A DNA stretch of 51,671 bases, the filler included, from Thelocarpon superellum (Eukaryota), in the NCBI GenBank assembly GCA_026025795.1. It is 2 parts of 2 records of this genome, joined end to end, with 100 filler letters (N's around TTAATTAATTAA, not from the genome) between each part and the next. Parts side by side here need not be neighbours in the genome. Positions count along the whole stretch, not along the records: positions 1 to 25,801 come from JAPEUG010000263.1; 1 more part is not named here. One strand, 5' to 3'. Positions 12,423 through 24,300 of the stretch are shown here, one piece after another (within the stretch, counting starts at the first letter, position 1; every line of letters starts with the position of its first letter). The notes under the pieces were generated by a model. The model was not told the origin of the DNA, made no database searches, and was given only the letters and a program-made list of their open reading frames with translations. A program made the position numbers and the translations under genes.

Positions 12423-14025
12423 CTCGCCAACGTACTCTCTGGTGATCCATCAAACACCTTCACCGCCGCTCCATCCCTGGCCTGGGGCCTGTGCAAATAC
12501 TGTCGAAATTCGTTCCAGACGTTTCACGATGTAGCCGACAACGTGATGCGTCTATACGGCGTATTGAAAGAGACCGAGGAGTCCTACGAAAAGCAGCGTT
12601 TGAAATCCGAATAGAAGGCCCGTCTCAGCCTGCTGACGCAGGAATGTCACGACGTTCTTGGAGGTCTTCAGGATGTGCGGGACAAACATGAGGGCATGGG
12701 TCCCATTTCACAATTGCCGTGTGATAGGATGGAATCCGTACAACTGGTGGTAGCCGACATCAGACAGCGGATGACCGCGGCGGAGGGGCATCTCACTGCA
12801 TTCAACGGCAGCATCTTCCTGTAGGTTAGGTCGACCTTGGACAGATGGTACACATGACTGACGATATGCACAGTTCGTCTCAGAATCGCATCGAACGTAT
12901 CCTGCTCACATTCATCGGCGAGGCTCGGGAAGGACGACACGAAGATTCCGTGCGATCGTTCCCAACGTCCGACTCCCTGTCCGGCGGAGACCCGGCAGCA
13001 TGGCGTCAGATTCGAAAGAAGCGGGAGACCATTGGCATCTCCTTGGCGTTGTTTCTGGAGCACAAGGACTTCATTCTGGGAACGTTGGAGAAAGCCAAGG
13101 TAGAAGGCGCGTCCGATGGACTGCCGGCAGACGAGATGATCGAGATGGAGACGGCAAGCCCACCATCCAAAGGTGTCTTGTGGAACACAGAGGTAGATAT
13201 GGAGCTTGGAGAGCTGCAGGGCGGCCCGGAGAGTTGGGACAACCGAGCGAAAGCAGAGCACCACAACGAAACGCAGTGACGCATCTGCCCCACCCGCTCT
13301 GCTACCAGAGAAATTGGAAGCGCTTGCTCGGGCCGAAAGGGTACCAACCAGCTCGGCGCCATCAGCCGAGGCATCGGTAGTGTCAAGCGACGATCCCAGA
13401 AGACGCGCTGCCCGCAACATGCCGGATCCACGCTTCGTGTTCGCGTAGGCACGCCAGAGCCTAATGAACCGGAAGCTACAATCGGCCTTGCAATGTGGCG
13501 AATGGGAAAAGGTGACAAGTCTAGTGCAGACCGGGGCAGATGTCAATATGCGAAGCGACAAGGGGAACTATGCCATCTACCAAGCAGCAGAGGCGGGCAA
13601 AGAAGCCGTCGTGCAGTCAATGCTGGCTCGTGGAGCCCATGTGGACGTGCAAGATGAAGGAGGGTGGACGGCACTGATGATTGCAGCCGCAAGTGGACAG
13701 CCAGACACGATGCGCACTCTCCTGCGTCATGGGGCCAGTCTGGACGAAGAAGACTGCATTGGAGATGCTGCGCTTATCCATGCGGTGCAGTATCACAAAG
13801 TCCGGTCTGCCCGGCTCCTGATTCTCCACGGTGCCGATACCAACGCACACGGTAGGTTGGGCCAGACATCTCTGATGAATGCAGTGACAAAGTTCGACCG
13901 TTTTTCTTTGGGTAGCTACTACATCAGGGTGCAGACACCCAGGTAAAGGATACGCACGGGTTGCCTGCAATGTATTGGGCTGTGAAGCTGATATGGTGGA
14001 GCTGGTGGAAGCTCGCATGCGATAA
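12423..14025 (+). pseudogene. Decayed gene: N-terminal HeLo-like/SesA-like helical domain plus C-terminal ankyrin repeats
   Basis: LAWGLCKYCRNS..F..V...V..LYGVLKETEE and SSQNRIERIL..AWRQIRK..ETIGI; intron 12821-12873; ankyrin repeats from 13464 (GADVN, GWTALMIAA, GQTSLMNA, GADTQVKDTHG); in-frame TAGs at 12612, 13446, 13913; frameshifts; no in-frame ATG. Confidence 0.75.
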
Positions 14026-14967
14026 GGTTCGAGGCGTCAGACACGCCACCGCCCATCGCTAGCTGCAAATCATGTCGGTGGGACGAGGGCAGACAGTAGG
14101 CATCATCCATCCGTCTCGTCAGAAGAGTCATCAGAAGGGAGCGTGGCGGAGACAGATTTCGGAGGTGAATAGTAGTTCCTAGCCGCTAATAGTTAGATTC
14201 GTTCCTATTGTTCGCATTGTTGAGCCAAGTAGCCGACGAGCTTAGTAAGGTAGGTACCCGTACTTGTGCGAAGGGAGACTTCGTCCCATTCGCCCAATAG
14301 ATAGCTAGAAGCCTTAGTCTGGCTTCTAGCCGACAGTATACTCTGCCCGGCACCGGGCGCTTGTCTATGACAGAGGCGACTCCTCCCGTGTGACACCGGT
14401 AGCCAAGCTCCAGCTACCAGCAGTCTCCCGTAGCTCTTTGTTCATCGAACCCCGCGCACCAACATACGTACTCGTACCCGGCAGCCCCTTGCTCGGCACC
14501 CAACACCCCGTTTGCATTGTCTGGAACCAGCCCAGGCCCGGCCAGACCAGGCTGGACTTACGATAGGTACAGATGCTGCTGCACATGCGCGGCACTCGGC
14601 GAGGGCGATGGTGATACGGGGTGGCAGCGCACCAATCGGAAGGCAGCCGGACGAGCAGGGATCACGAGGGATGGAAGCCACACGGAGGGGGAGGGAGGGA
14701 TCGAATCCCGGCTGATTGGCCTGATGACTTTGGTGTGGGCGCGTACGAGAGGTGCCACGCTACAAGTGCTCTGCGGCGTGCTGCGAGAGATGCATCACAT
14801 TCCATCGGGAGCTGTTCAACGACCATTCCGCGTTGCGTAGCCTGGCGCGGGTCGCAGTAGTCTCCCCTCGACGCACGGCGCACGGCGCAACAGTCGCCGT
14901 GCCGGCTCCCCGGCCCGGTGCGCGCTCGCGCTTCCGATCAAGATGCTCCGGCGCAGAGGGAGAGGAG

Positions 14968-14973
14968 TATAAG
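14968..14973 (+). promoter_or_regulatory. Candidate TATA box of the HET-S-like gene
   Basis: TATAAG in otherwise GC-rich sequence, ~240 nt upstream of ATG 15211, followed by a CT-rich tract. Confidence 0.35.
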
Positions 14974-15210
14974 TCGAGGCAGCAACGGCCGGCCCTCTCC
15001 AAGTGGACCTCCGTTGACAAGCCGTCTGCGGAGCTGCTGTGACTTGGTACTGTCTTTCGCGTCGTGGAGTGAGCGGTCGATACGGACGGAAGCCCGAGAC
15101 AACGATCCCATCCTTCACGCCTTCACGACCTGCCCACCCGTTTCCCTTCCTCCCTTCTACGGCCCACCACACGGTAGCGTTCGTGTAGAGGGTACACTGG
15201 GCCCGGCAGG

Positions 15211-16113
15211 ATGACCGAGCTTGCGGGCGTCATGGTCGGGGGCATCGCGCTGGGGACTCTCTTCACGGAATGCGTCGACTGCTTCGAGCACGTGCAGCTG
15301 GGCCAGACGATTGGGCCCAACTACCGTCGAGGAATCCTCCGACTGGACATTGCGAGACTGCGCTTCACGCGCTGGGGCCAATCGGTGCACATCAACGACA
15401 TTCCCGGGGCGGGGCTGCGACAGCATCATGTGGTGGTGGCGACCAGGGAAGAACAAGGCTTGGTGAGGGACCTGCTGGGCCAGATCTTGGTCATCTTCAC
15501 CGAGACCCGGCAACTCTCCGAGACCTTCCGAGTGTCCGCGAGGCCCAAGGACCTGGCCGTCGTCGACGCCAACACCGCGCTGGAGCCGGGGGTGAAGGCG
15601 CTGCACCACACGATGCGGGTGCTGTCGCTTCAACGACAGAAACGAGCGAGCCCGGCCCCGAGAACCAAGTGGGCGCTGTATGAGGAGAAGCACCTGGACG
15701 ACTTGATCGATCAGGTCGGCACTCGAGTGGACCGCCTGATCAATCTGTTCCCGGCGGCACAAGGCTTGCAACGCACCGAGTGCGAGCGTGAGGTCGCGAC
15801 CATGGATTGCCACGCGCTGCGCGCCCTGGACGGCGTGGTGAAGGACGACAAGCTGCTCCAGGAGGTGTTGGATCAAGACGTGCAGCGTGCGCAGAGCACC
15901 TACAAGAGCGTCAAGGCATTCGACTACGCCACGATGCAGCTTGGAGAACAAGTCAACGACGGCTCCATCACGAACAACCGTGACTATCATTTTGAGGACC
16001 TTTCCGCCGCTGGTCGCTCCGTCATCCAGGCCGGTGCGACCCTGGGCGGCATGAGCATTTTTGAGCTCCAACGCCGGACTCCCGTTGTCGTCGCCGCGCC
16101 GGCAACTATCTAG
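15211..16113 (+). CDS. HET-S-like HeLo-domain (prion-inhibition and propagation) cell-death protein with C-terminal HET-s-related amyloid motif
   Basis: MTELAGVMVGGIALGTLFTECVDCFEHVQLG..LRLDIARLRFTRWGQSV.IND aligns without gaps to the HET-S N-terminus as recalled; RQK..RTKWALYE..L..LI..L..LFP; two 20-aa pseudo-repeats plus a GG-xx-IF tail; intronless and intact. Confidence 0.92.
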   Translation: MTELAGVMVGGIALGTLFTECVDCFEHVQLGQTIGPNYRRGILRLDIARLRFTRWGQSVHINDIPGAGLRQHHVVVATREEQGLVRDLLGQILVIFTETRQLSETFRVSARPKDLAVVDANTALEPGVKALHHTMRVLSLQRQKRASPAPRTKWALYEEKHLDDLIDQVGTRVDRLINLFPAAQGLQRTECEREVATMDCHALRALDGVVKDDKLLQEVLDQDVQRAQSTYKSVKAFDYATMQLGEQVNDGSITNNRDYHFEDLSAAGRSVIQAGATLGGMSIFELQRRTPVVVAAPATI

Positions 16114-16942
16114 CATCACCAGCGGTAGCCTAGATGCCTGCGGTAGAGGGTGCATGCAGATCTCTAGCTAGCCGGGCATGACCGGGAGCAATGTCTATCT
16201 TCGAGGCTCTTTCTTAGCTAAGCAATGTTTAATCTTCACGGGAGCCCACCCTACCACGTGACTACTCAACGCCGACGATGTCGAGGGGCATTACTGAAGT
16301 GCCTCCATCTCACATGTCCAACCCTGGACTTACCAGGGCTGTAGCTGGTTGCTGGTGGACGGTAAGCCCATCACTACCTGTGTGCTTCCTTACACTGTGA
16401 GACCAAACCAAAGTAGCCTTGCTGCACGTGACCAACCACGATCTGCGGGGCCCCTCCTTCGCTAGGAGTTGGTAAAACGTCCGTCACCTCCCACACGTAG
16501 GTGCCGTGTCAGCTGTCCTGGTTCTGCTTGCCCTCCATCTACCCAGGTTGCGGAAGCGAAGATTGCGTTGTGATTTGACCGCTGTGGTATGATTGCTTTC
16601 CGGAACTCCACGTACAAAAGATTTTGTCGAATATTTAATAGAACCGAGTCGAATATCTCGTCGCTCAACGCAGGAAATGATGGCCATGTTGGTACAGCCT
16701 TTCGATTCAATCGAGAGCGCTCGAGCTAGATCTAGAGCACAAGAAGCCCATGATCGCGGTTTTCTATAGCCCTCTCAATGGCCGACTGGAAGGCATCCTC
16801 TTCCGGCGCCGGATGTACCCGTGGTGTAGGGAATGACGCACCACATGGCCCACCACATGGCCTGGTACGTTCCTTCTGTCTTCCGTGCATGTGCCTTCCA
16901 TATCTGGCTCATGTTCTTGCTCCTGTGACAAGCATCACAATC

Positions 16943-17780
16943 ATGAAGAAAGAAGGGGACATACTGTCCCTCCTTCATCATCTCCCACAGTCGTCTCACA
17001 GGAGCCGATCCAGGAGATGTTACCCCATCCGTCGACCACGAACGGGACGCTCGATCGATCCGTCGACCCATTCATCCCGAACCAGCATCGACGGCACAGA
17101 CCCACGACTCTCCCACCCCACCCTCTCACGTATCCTCCTCGTCTCGCTCGACAAGGACGACTGGCTCGACTGCTACTACGCGCCACTACTGGGAGGAATT
17201 GACGCGCGAGCCGAGCGTTACTGGGCCAAGCAAGCCGTCTTCGTCGACCAATACCTCGCAGAGTACAGGCCACGCGCCGTCTTCGTCACGGACGGCGCAC
17301 TGTGCGTCGACATCTACCGCAGCTTGCTGGAGTCACTGGTGGCGTACGTGTGGGGCGGCGGCACGGTGGTGTTTGGGGCGCAGTTCAGCAGCCAGATGCG
17401 GCCGGCGGACCTGTCAGACTTCTTCCGGGGGGGCCTGGGGCGTGCCGTGGTCGTGTGGGCCGGTTCAGCATACAATGGTGCATTTGCATGCCGTCATGAG
17501 GCCCGCGTGGCCGAGGGTGAGATTGTCCGGCTTTCCCGTCACGGCGCTGTTCCTGAAGGATGTGGCCCGCCTCGATGCCGTTTAGCGCCCCACTCATTCT
17601 TCCGTGGTGGATAATCCGGTGAATAGGCGCGGGCCGGCGGATGTCAATGATGCCGCGGTGGCGTACGCGCGGGTCGGGTGTGGGTGGTTGGGCTATGTGG
17701 GTGACATGAACCATGGTCCTGCGGGTGACCTCACCATCTTGAACCTGTTTGGCCTGCTGTTGCGGCCGCCGAGGCCGTAG
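16943..17780 (+). pseudogene. Interrupted conserved fungal hypothetical protein (GGTVVF / GYVGDxN family)
   Basis: Reads P.AVFVTDGAL..LVAYVWGGGTVVFGAQFSS..FF / WGVPW..ALFLKDV..* ..AAVAYARVGCGWLGYVGDMN..ILNLFGL; +1 frameshift in the G7 run 17427-17433 and in-frame TAG at 17583; start uncertain. Confidence 0.7.
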
Positions 17781-18026
17781 CGGTCACTGTAGCTGCGGCT
17801 GGAGGACCATCGTCGGCCGTCTTGCATTCTTCCTCCAGGCCGCCCGGTTGGTTGGTAGCGTCGATAGCATCACAGCTGCTCCTGTGCAGGTTGGATCCGA
17901 GTCGCGTCCCATTATGCCAAGCCAGCGTCAAAGCGGGTATCACCCCCAGGTGAAAAATAAAGTTGATGGGACAAGAAACGGAAGAGATATCATACAAACA
18001 TCAATCCGACCCAGCCGTCCCTCCAC

Positions 18027-18110
18027 CCGTCCGTCCGTCCGTGCAGCTCCATCCCATCAAGACCAAGTGGCCGGAGAGAGACACGTGCCATGCCATGCCA
18101 TGCCATGCCA
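18027..18110. repeat. (CCGT)4 and (TGCCA)5 microsatellites downstream of the RhoGEF
   Basis: Directly visible at 18027-18042 and 18086-18110. Confidence 0.85.
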
Positions 18111-18337
18111 TTCCATCCATTCCACACGCCACGCAAAAGGCCAAGGGGGAATCGCCGCAAACCAGCACACGCAAGTCCACATCGCGCCGGCGAAATCACA
18201 CCAATCATGATGCACGAACCTGGAACACAATTCGAAAGGCGCACGGCCACGTCCACGTGGCACCGAGAGAAGACTGCACATCGACGTGGTAACGAGAAAG
18301 AAGAGAAAGAAAAGTCGGACCCGACGTGACCGGCCCA

Positions 18338-21300
18338 TCACGAGTCATTCGTCAGCTTGGCGAAATGCTTACACCATAGCCATCCCATCGTCTGCGTCCG
18401 GTCGTCCTGGTTGCGAGCTAGCCAAAGCTCGCCCTTCTCGGCGAGGACGTCGAAGATCTAGTCGATCGAGTCAGTCATGATGCGTCCATATGGGATGCGG
18501 GGATCGAGGAACAACGCACCTCGCCCTTGACATAGGTCAGATACGGATATCCCGCTTCCATCCGCGATCGATCGATGTTGAACTCATCAATGCTGGCCGT
18601 CGTGAAGAGCACATGCGCCTTGTCTGCCGTGAGGCGAGGCGATGCCGTGCGCGATGGGTGGGGCGACGAGCGTGGGCTGTCGGACATGGGCATCGCCGAC
18701 GAGAACATGCCCGAGAAGGGCCGTTGCGCCGGCGACGGTTGCCGCGCCGGCCCGTCCGGATTGAGCGAGAAGTACGACGTTGAACCCGACGCCGGACGCG
18801 TGTGCACCGATGAGGTCTCGGTGCTGGGTCGCGCGTAAGGGGCCTGGTCCATGCCACTCGGTCCGGCACTGGTGCTGGGTCGCGCCGTGTTGCTGGGCGT
18901 GTTGGACGTGGCTGGAGTCATGGCGTAGAAGGACCGAGCATGCGACGATACGTCGGGCGTCAGCGGCCCGCCCTGGCTGGACGACTGATTCGAGCTGGCC
19001 CGGGTCCGATCCGTGCGGACCGGCGGGAGCCCATAATGGGACGCGCCGAACAGGGGCTGCGTGCCGTCGATCATGGAGGGCGGCATAAAGCTCCCACTGT
19101 GGCGTTGGCCAAAGTCCGGCGCCGGGAGGACGGGGGAGTGGCTGCTGTTCACTGATCGCGTGCGAGCCTTGCCGCTGAGCGGAGGACCGTGACGTCGGAA
19201 GGAGGCTTCGTCCGCCGTCTGCGCCTTTTGCACCGAGAGCAACTGCGCTGAATCGGCGAGCATAGAGCCGTTGCAGATGCCCAAGGCGTGCACCTGCGCT
19301 TCCGTAAAGGCAAAGTCCCCGGCAAATTGCGTCAGGATGTCCGACACGCTCCGCGGCACCTGATACTCGTCCAGGATGGACTTGCTCTTCTCCTGCCAAA
19401 CCGTGTACCACTCCGCCTGCAGCTGGATGAGATTGCACAAGCATGCCTCCGCCAGCTTGCTCGTTAGCGCGTACAGGCGAGGCAGCTCCTCCTTCAACGT
19501 GTCGTTCAAGGCCATGAACTGTTCACCTTGCTCCTGCGTCCGCTTATCCGGCTTGTCGCCGCGGTCCTTGACCCCCTTGAACCGCGCGTAGTCCATGATG
19601 CGCTTGTTGCGTTTTTGGATGATCTTCTGCGGCGCGTCGTACAGCTTGACCAGCGTCTTCATCGGCCCGATCACGCTCTTCTGCACCCCCGTCCGGTGCT
19701 CGGTCAGGGCGACGGTGGCGAGCTCGCGCATCGCCATGCCGAACTTGCGCCATTTGCTCTCCATTTCCGGGTAGTTGCTGCGCTCGACCTTGATGAAGCC
19801 TTCGATCGCCGCCACGTACTCCATGAACCGGCCAACGAAGACCTGCGTCTCCCCGAGGTACTTGTCGACATCCGACATGGCAAATTGCAGCTGGATCACG
19901 TGCGAGTCCCACTTCTCCGCCACCTTGTTGAAGTCGAGGTCGTCGAACATCTCCGACAGCCCGACCTGTTGCTTGAAGCGTTCGGTGCGGCGGCCGAAGG
20001 CCTTGGACAGGCCGGTGCGCACGTCTGATTCCTTGCGCTTCCGGCCCACGGCCTGCTCCACCAGGTGCACGCGCTTCATCAAGTCCTCGATCCGCGACGC
20101 CACGGCCTTCATCTCCCACAGTGCCACGTCGAGCGCGGTATAGTCGGGGTGATCCTCGGGCGTCGCCTCGGAGAGGGCCTCGAGCAGGAGTGGATACTTC
20201 AAGATGCGCTGCATCGGCTTGACCATCAGCGAATCGAGCGACCAGGTGTCTGTCAGGTCTTCCGCGTGGCTGCGACACTCGTTCAGCCAGAGCACGACAC
20301 CGGGCACCGCCTGGAGCTTCTGCAGGCGTGTGTTGGCCCCCTCGAGATTGCGCAGGTACTCGCTGTACACCTTTTCCAGCCGCGACATGTGCTGCCCAAA
20401 GGCCTCTCCGATGAACGTCTTGCGGTCTTTCTCGTCGTCCGTCAGCTCCATGCCAATGGCCGGCGATCCACCGTCGTCAGGCCCACCGCTGCTGGACGTG
20501 GCAACGCTAGCACGTTTGTTGCCCGTCAGAGCGCTGATCTTCTTGACCACGTAAACGCTGGAACCCCCTTGCCGAAGCGCGTCGAAGAAGGTGAGCGAAA
20601 ATGCCACGATCTGGTCAATGTTGCCGAATAAGACCTTGACGTCATCGGCCGTTACAGCTGCACACGCATTGGACGTGCCCTTGTAGATTTCTTCCGTCAC
20701 CTTCATGTCGCCGTGGAAGAGCTTCTCCGTGTCGAGCAGCTCGCGAATGATGTGCCGGCGCTTGGTCAGCCGCCGCTGTTCCGGCGTCGGGCTGGCGTTG
20801 GCGACGGCTGGCTCCGCCGATGCGACGGGGGCTGCGGCGGGAACGGGGCGCGAGGTCGACCGCGGCGGCGGCCCCGGCGTCGCGGTGGAAGAGGTGACGA
20901 GTGAAGAGCCCTCGCTAGCGCGGAAGCGCGCCCCATTCGCCATGCCCTCGGGGAAGACGGAGGGGAAGATGCTCGAGCCCGGGTCTTTACTGTATAGGCT
21001 CGGCGACGGGGGTGTACGCATCGACGGGACCTGTCGTAGCCGGTCGGAGCGATCCTCATCCGTCGATTGGGTAGGTGGGGGCGGGGGCGAGTGATCGGGC
21101 AGTGGCGGGGGGGAGGGGAGGGAGAGCTCAGGCGCAGACGGCTCGGACAACACCAGTCCCAGCCCTTCCCCTGGGGAAGGAAGCTGTGGGAGATCGGGCG
21201 GAGCGTGCGTCAGGGGTTGCGAGGTCGGGGGCACCCCTCGGTCTGGCAAAATGCCGACCGCTTGTGACGCGCTCCAGTCCTTTGGGGGAGGCGTGGGACG

Positions 21301-24300
21301 GTAGTCGAAGCGGAGGTTGCTGTCGATCGGGCTATCGGCGGCCTGCGGGTGGATCCAGTCGACGATGGACGGCGAAGCATCCATCCAATCCGTTGCAAAT
21401 TGTAAGCTGGCGCTATGCATCACGGGGATGTCCTCGGGGACCCGAACTCCCGTCACCGCTGCTGCGGGATCGGTCCCGGGGAGCTCAAATACCGCCGTCG
21501 GACGCTCAGCCTCGTCATCGGTCGTCGCACGGTCCACAGATATAGGCGGCGCCCCGTCACCGTCGCGGGTCGCGCCACGGGGGCCTGCGGCTTCATCATC
21601 CGTGCTGGGCGGACCGAGCCGGACCGGGTCGTGAAGGCCGACGCGCGGTGGCGTAGCGGGTCGCGGCGCCTTGTACCGTCCACGACTCAGTTCCTGCAGA
21701 TAGAGCTGCGTCACGCGGGTTGGATCCCATCCGCCCTGGCGTGCAAGCTCGGGTGACTTGTGCAGGATCTGCTGCTTGAAGTCGTGAAACATCTCGGGGC
21801 TGGCGATGCTCGGGGCGTGATATTGCTCGAGGACCCGGTTGATGGTGCTATAGGCATCGCTATTGAGGGTGGTGTGTCCCGAGTGGCCTTCGTGGGCATC
21901 GTCGCCAGACCAGCGCTGGGAGTTGCGCGTGTAGGAGGTGGGTTGCGTGGACTCGCTCGAGGCGGCCGCTTCGTCGGTGCGACCCATCAGCGAGTCTCCT
22001 TCGTGGTCAGAGGCTTGTCGGAGGCGCGGGCTGGAGCCATAGGAATCCACGCTCCAGCGAGACCGGAAGTTCTCCGTGTACGATGGCAAGACCGCCCGCT
22101 TGACCGAGACGTAGTTGGTGGGCTTGTCTGCCGGACGCACCAGGACCGGACTCTCGCCGAGCATGATCTGGATGGATTCTTCATCGTCACGGTCCGATCC
22201 TGAGGCTTGGGAGCATTGGGAGCGCGTGGGACTCGACGGGCTTGACTCGCGCAGTTGGAGCACCTGGCTGAGCACGGTCCGATGTCGCGGCGGCGAGCGT
22301 GTCCGGTCCAGCTGCGGTTGTTCCGTCTGCGGCTCGTTCTCGATGGGCGTCACGGCCGTCTCCGCGGTTTCGATGGTAACTGCTGAAGTCGGCGTCCGGT
22401 CCATGCCCTGCGCCTCGTCGACCGGCACGCCCAAGCTGCTCCCGGCGCCCTGGGACTTTGGGGACCGCATCTGCGTATCGAGGGTCAGTCGACGGTCGGC
22501 TCGGACGGCGTCCGGGTCACGCGCCGTGGTCTCCACCATCTCGGGCTGCTCGGGAGCCCAGGGCTCGGACGTAGACAGTTGATGTTGCTCCTCGCTTGTC
22601 CCCTCGGGATCATTACCACCGGCCAGCCCCGCGCATTCGTTAGCTTTACGCTGATCAAAGAGACGGCGACGCTCGGCGCGATTCTCGTCTTGCTTCTCGC
22701 GTTCACGCATGCTGATGGTGAAGGCCCGCTGGATGCGCTCGCGCCGTGCAGCGAAGTCAACGCCACCAAGCTCAGGAATATGTTTGGTCTTGGGTGCGCT
22801 TTCGCTACCGCGGCGTCGACTTGGATGGCGGGGAGGCCGTGGGGGCGGAGTGCTCTCGGATGTGTCTACCGCCTTCGCGCGGGAGCTAGCCGTGGTGGCA
22901 GAAGAAACGGGCTGACGCGGTCGCGAGCTCCTCAGAGGCGGCGACATCTTGGCCGGGGGTGCGGAGATGAAGGCCTTCAGGCGTGGACTGGTCCCGCGCT
23001 GGGATGTCGGATGTAGCTCGGGACGTCTTGAGGTGGGGGTGAGGTTGGCATTGGTGGTGGTATCTTTCGAAGAGGGCGGGTGCCGTTGCGACTGCGAGAG
23101 GTAGGAGGCTTGAGAACGTGAGGACGGCCGCGCCATGGCTACACCCATGCCCGCCACGCCAGTCGACGCTGCAGCGGACGCTGGGTCGGGAGAGCTGGTC
23201 AGTGAGCCAACGCTCTCCACCGCCCTGACCTGCGTGTTGTCCAGAGGGGGTACGGGCTGCTCGGGAGGGCGGCGACCGTCGCGGTCCAAGGTGGAGCGGT
23301 TAGCATGGGGATTCATGGCCGCCGTGCCGGCAAAGTCGCTTCGCGTTCGGCGGTGAAGCCGACGGGCGGCGGCTGATCGGTCCGAGGCCTCGTCGTGATC
23401 GGGGAGAGAGAAAGGGTTGCCCATGTACCAGTCCCGAGCGGCGGGCGGAGAGACGCCGGCGTCGGAACGACTCTTCCGATGAGCGCCCGGCGCCAGGTGC
23501 GGGGAGCTCCCATCAGAACCCCGTCGCTGTCGGCCGGGAATCCCATAGCCTGGAAGAGGAGGCGCGGCGGCGGTACTGGAGGGGAGAACTTCGCCAAAAA
23601 GCGGTCTTCGCGCCGACTCGTTCTGAGCGAGATGCAGGCTCGTCATCGACTGCGAGGCCCATGGATTGTTGGCGACAGACGTTCGTGATCTCTCGCCCCG
23701 GTGCCCACGATCCACGGAGGTCCGCCTCGCTTGTACCTCCTCGAGCGTATTCTTCCGCCGGCGCGGCGTCATGGCCGCGTCCGAGGTCCGCTCTCGCGGG
23801 CGATTGCTCTCGGTCGACTTGCTTCCAAGATCGGTGGGCCGCTCTGCGTTGGACGACTTCCTCGGGCGCCCCGACGATGCGCTCCGGCCGTTGGCCGGTG
23901 GACGAGCCTTGGTGGTGGGCGAGGGACCTTCATGATCCTGATTGAAGCGGTTCACGAGATCCTGGAGGGAGGTCTGACGCGCACGCGGTGGGTTGTTGGA
24001 GGTAGACTTGGCCCGGACGGTCGAGGAGGAATACTGGGTCGCGGCGGGGGCACGCGGCGGGGGAGGGTACTTTCGGCTCTGGGCAACGGAGAGGAGGACG
24101 GTGGGCTCGGACGGGCGGGTGGCAGTCGTCATGCCGTCACGTAGCTCGCGATCGCTCCGAATGTCGAGATGCTGGGTGAAGCCCGGGGCCTGGCCGGTGA
24201 AGGGGTCCTTGAACTGACGGTAGAAGTCGTGGGGATCAGACGGATCGTCGTGGGCGGGTGGTGCGTGGGTGGAGGGGGCGTAGGAGAGGGCATGGACGGA

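Noticed and set aside
12668..13561. 297-aa minus-strand ORF
   Set aside because: Antisense to the ankyrin pseudogene; no motifs
14365..14595. Minus-strand GLPGTSTY as a possible degenerate NACHT P-loop (lost NLR partner)
   Set aside because: No GK[ST], no Walker B or other NACHT context, and it overlaps the common intergenic GTACGAGTAC motif; only tblastn could rescue it
15157..16155. 332-aa antisense ORF over the HET-S-like gene
   Set aside because: Shadow ORF expected from high third-position GC; no motifs
12612..17585. Genome-wide TAG codon reassignment
   Set aside because: Intact genes in the window end at TAG, and the conserved genes have no internal TAG
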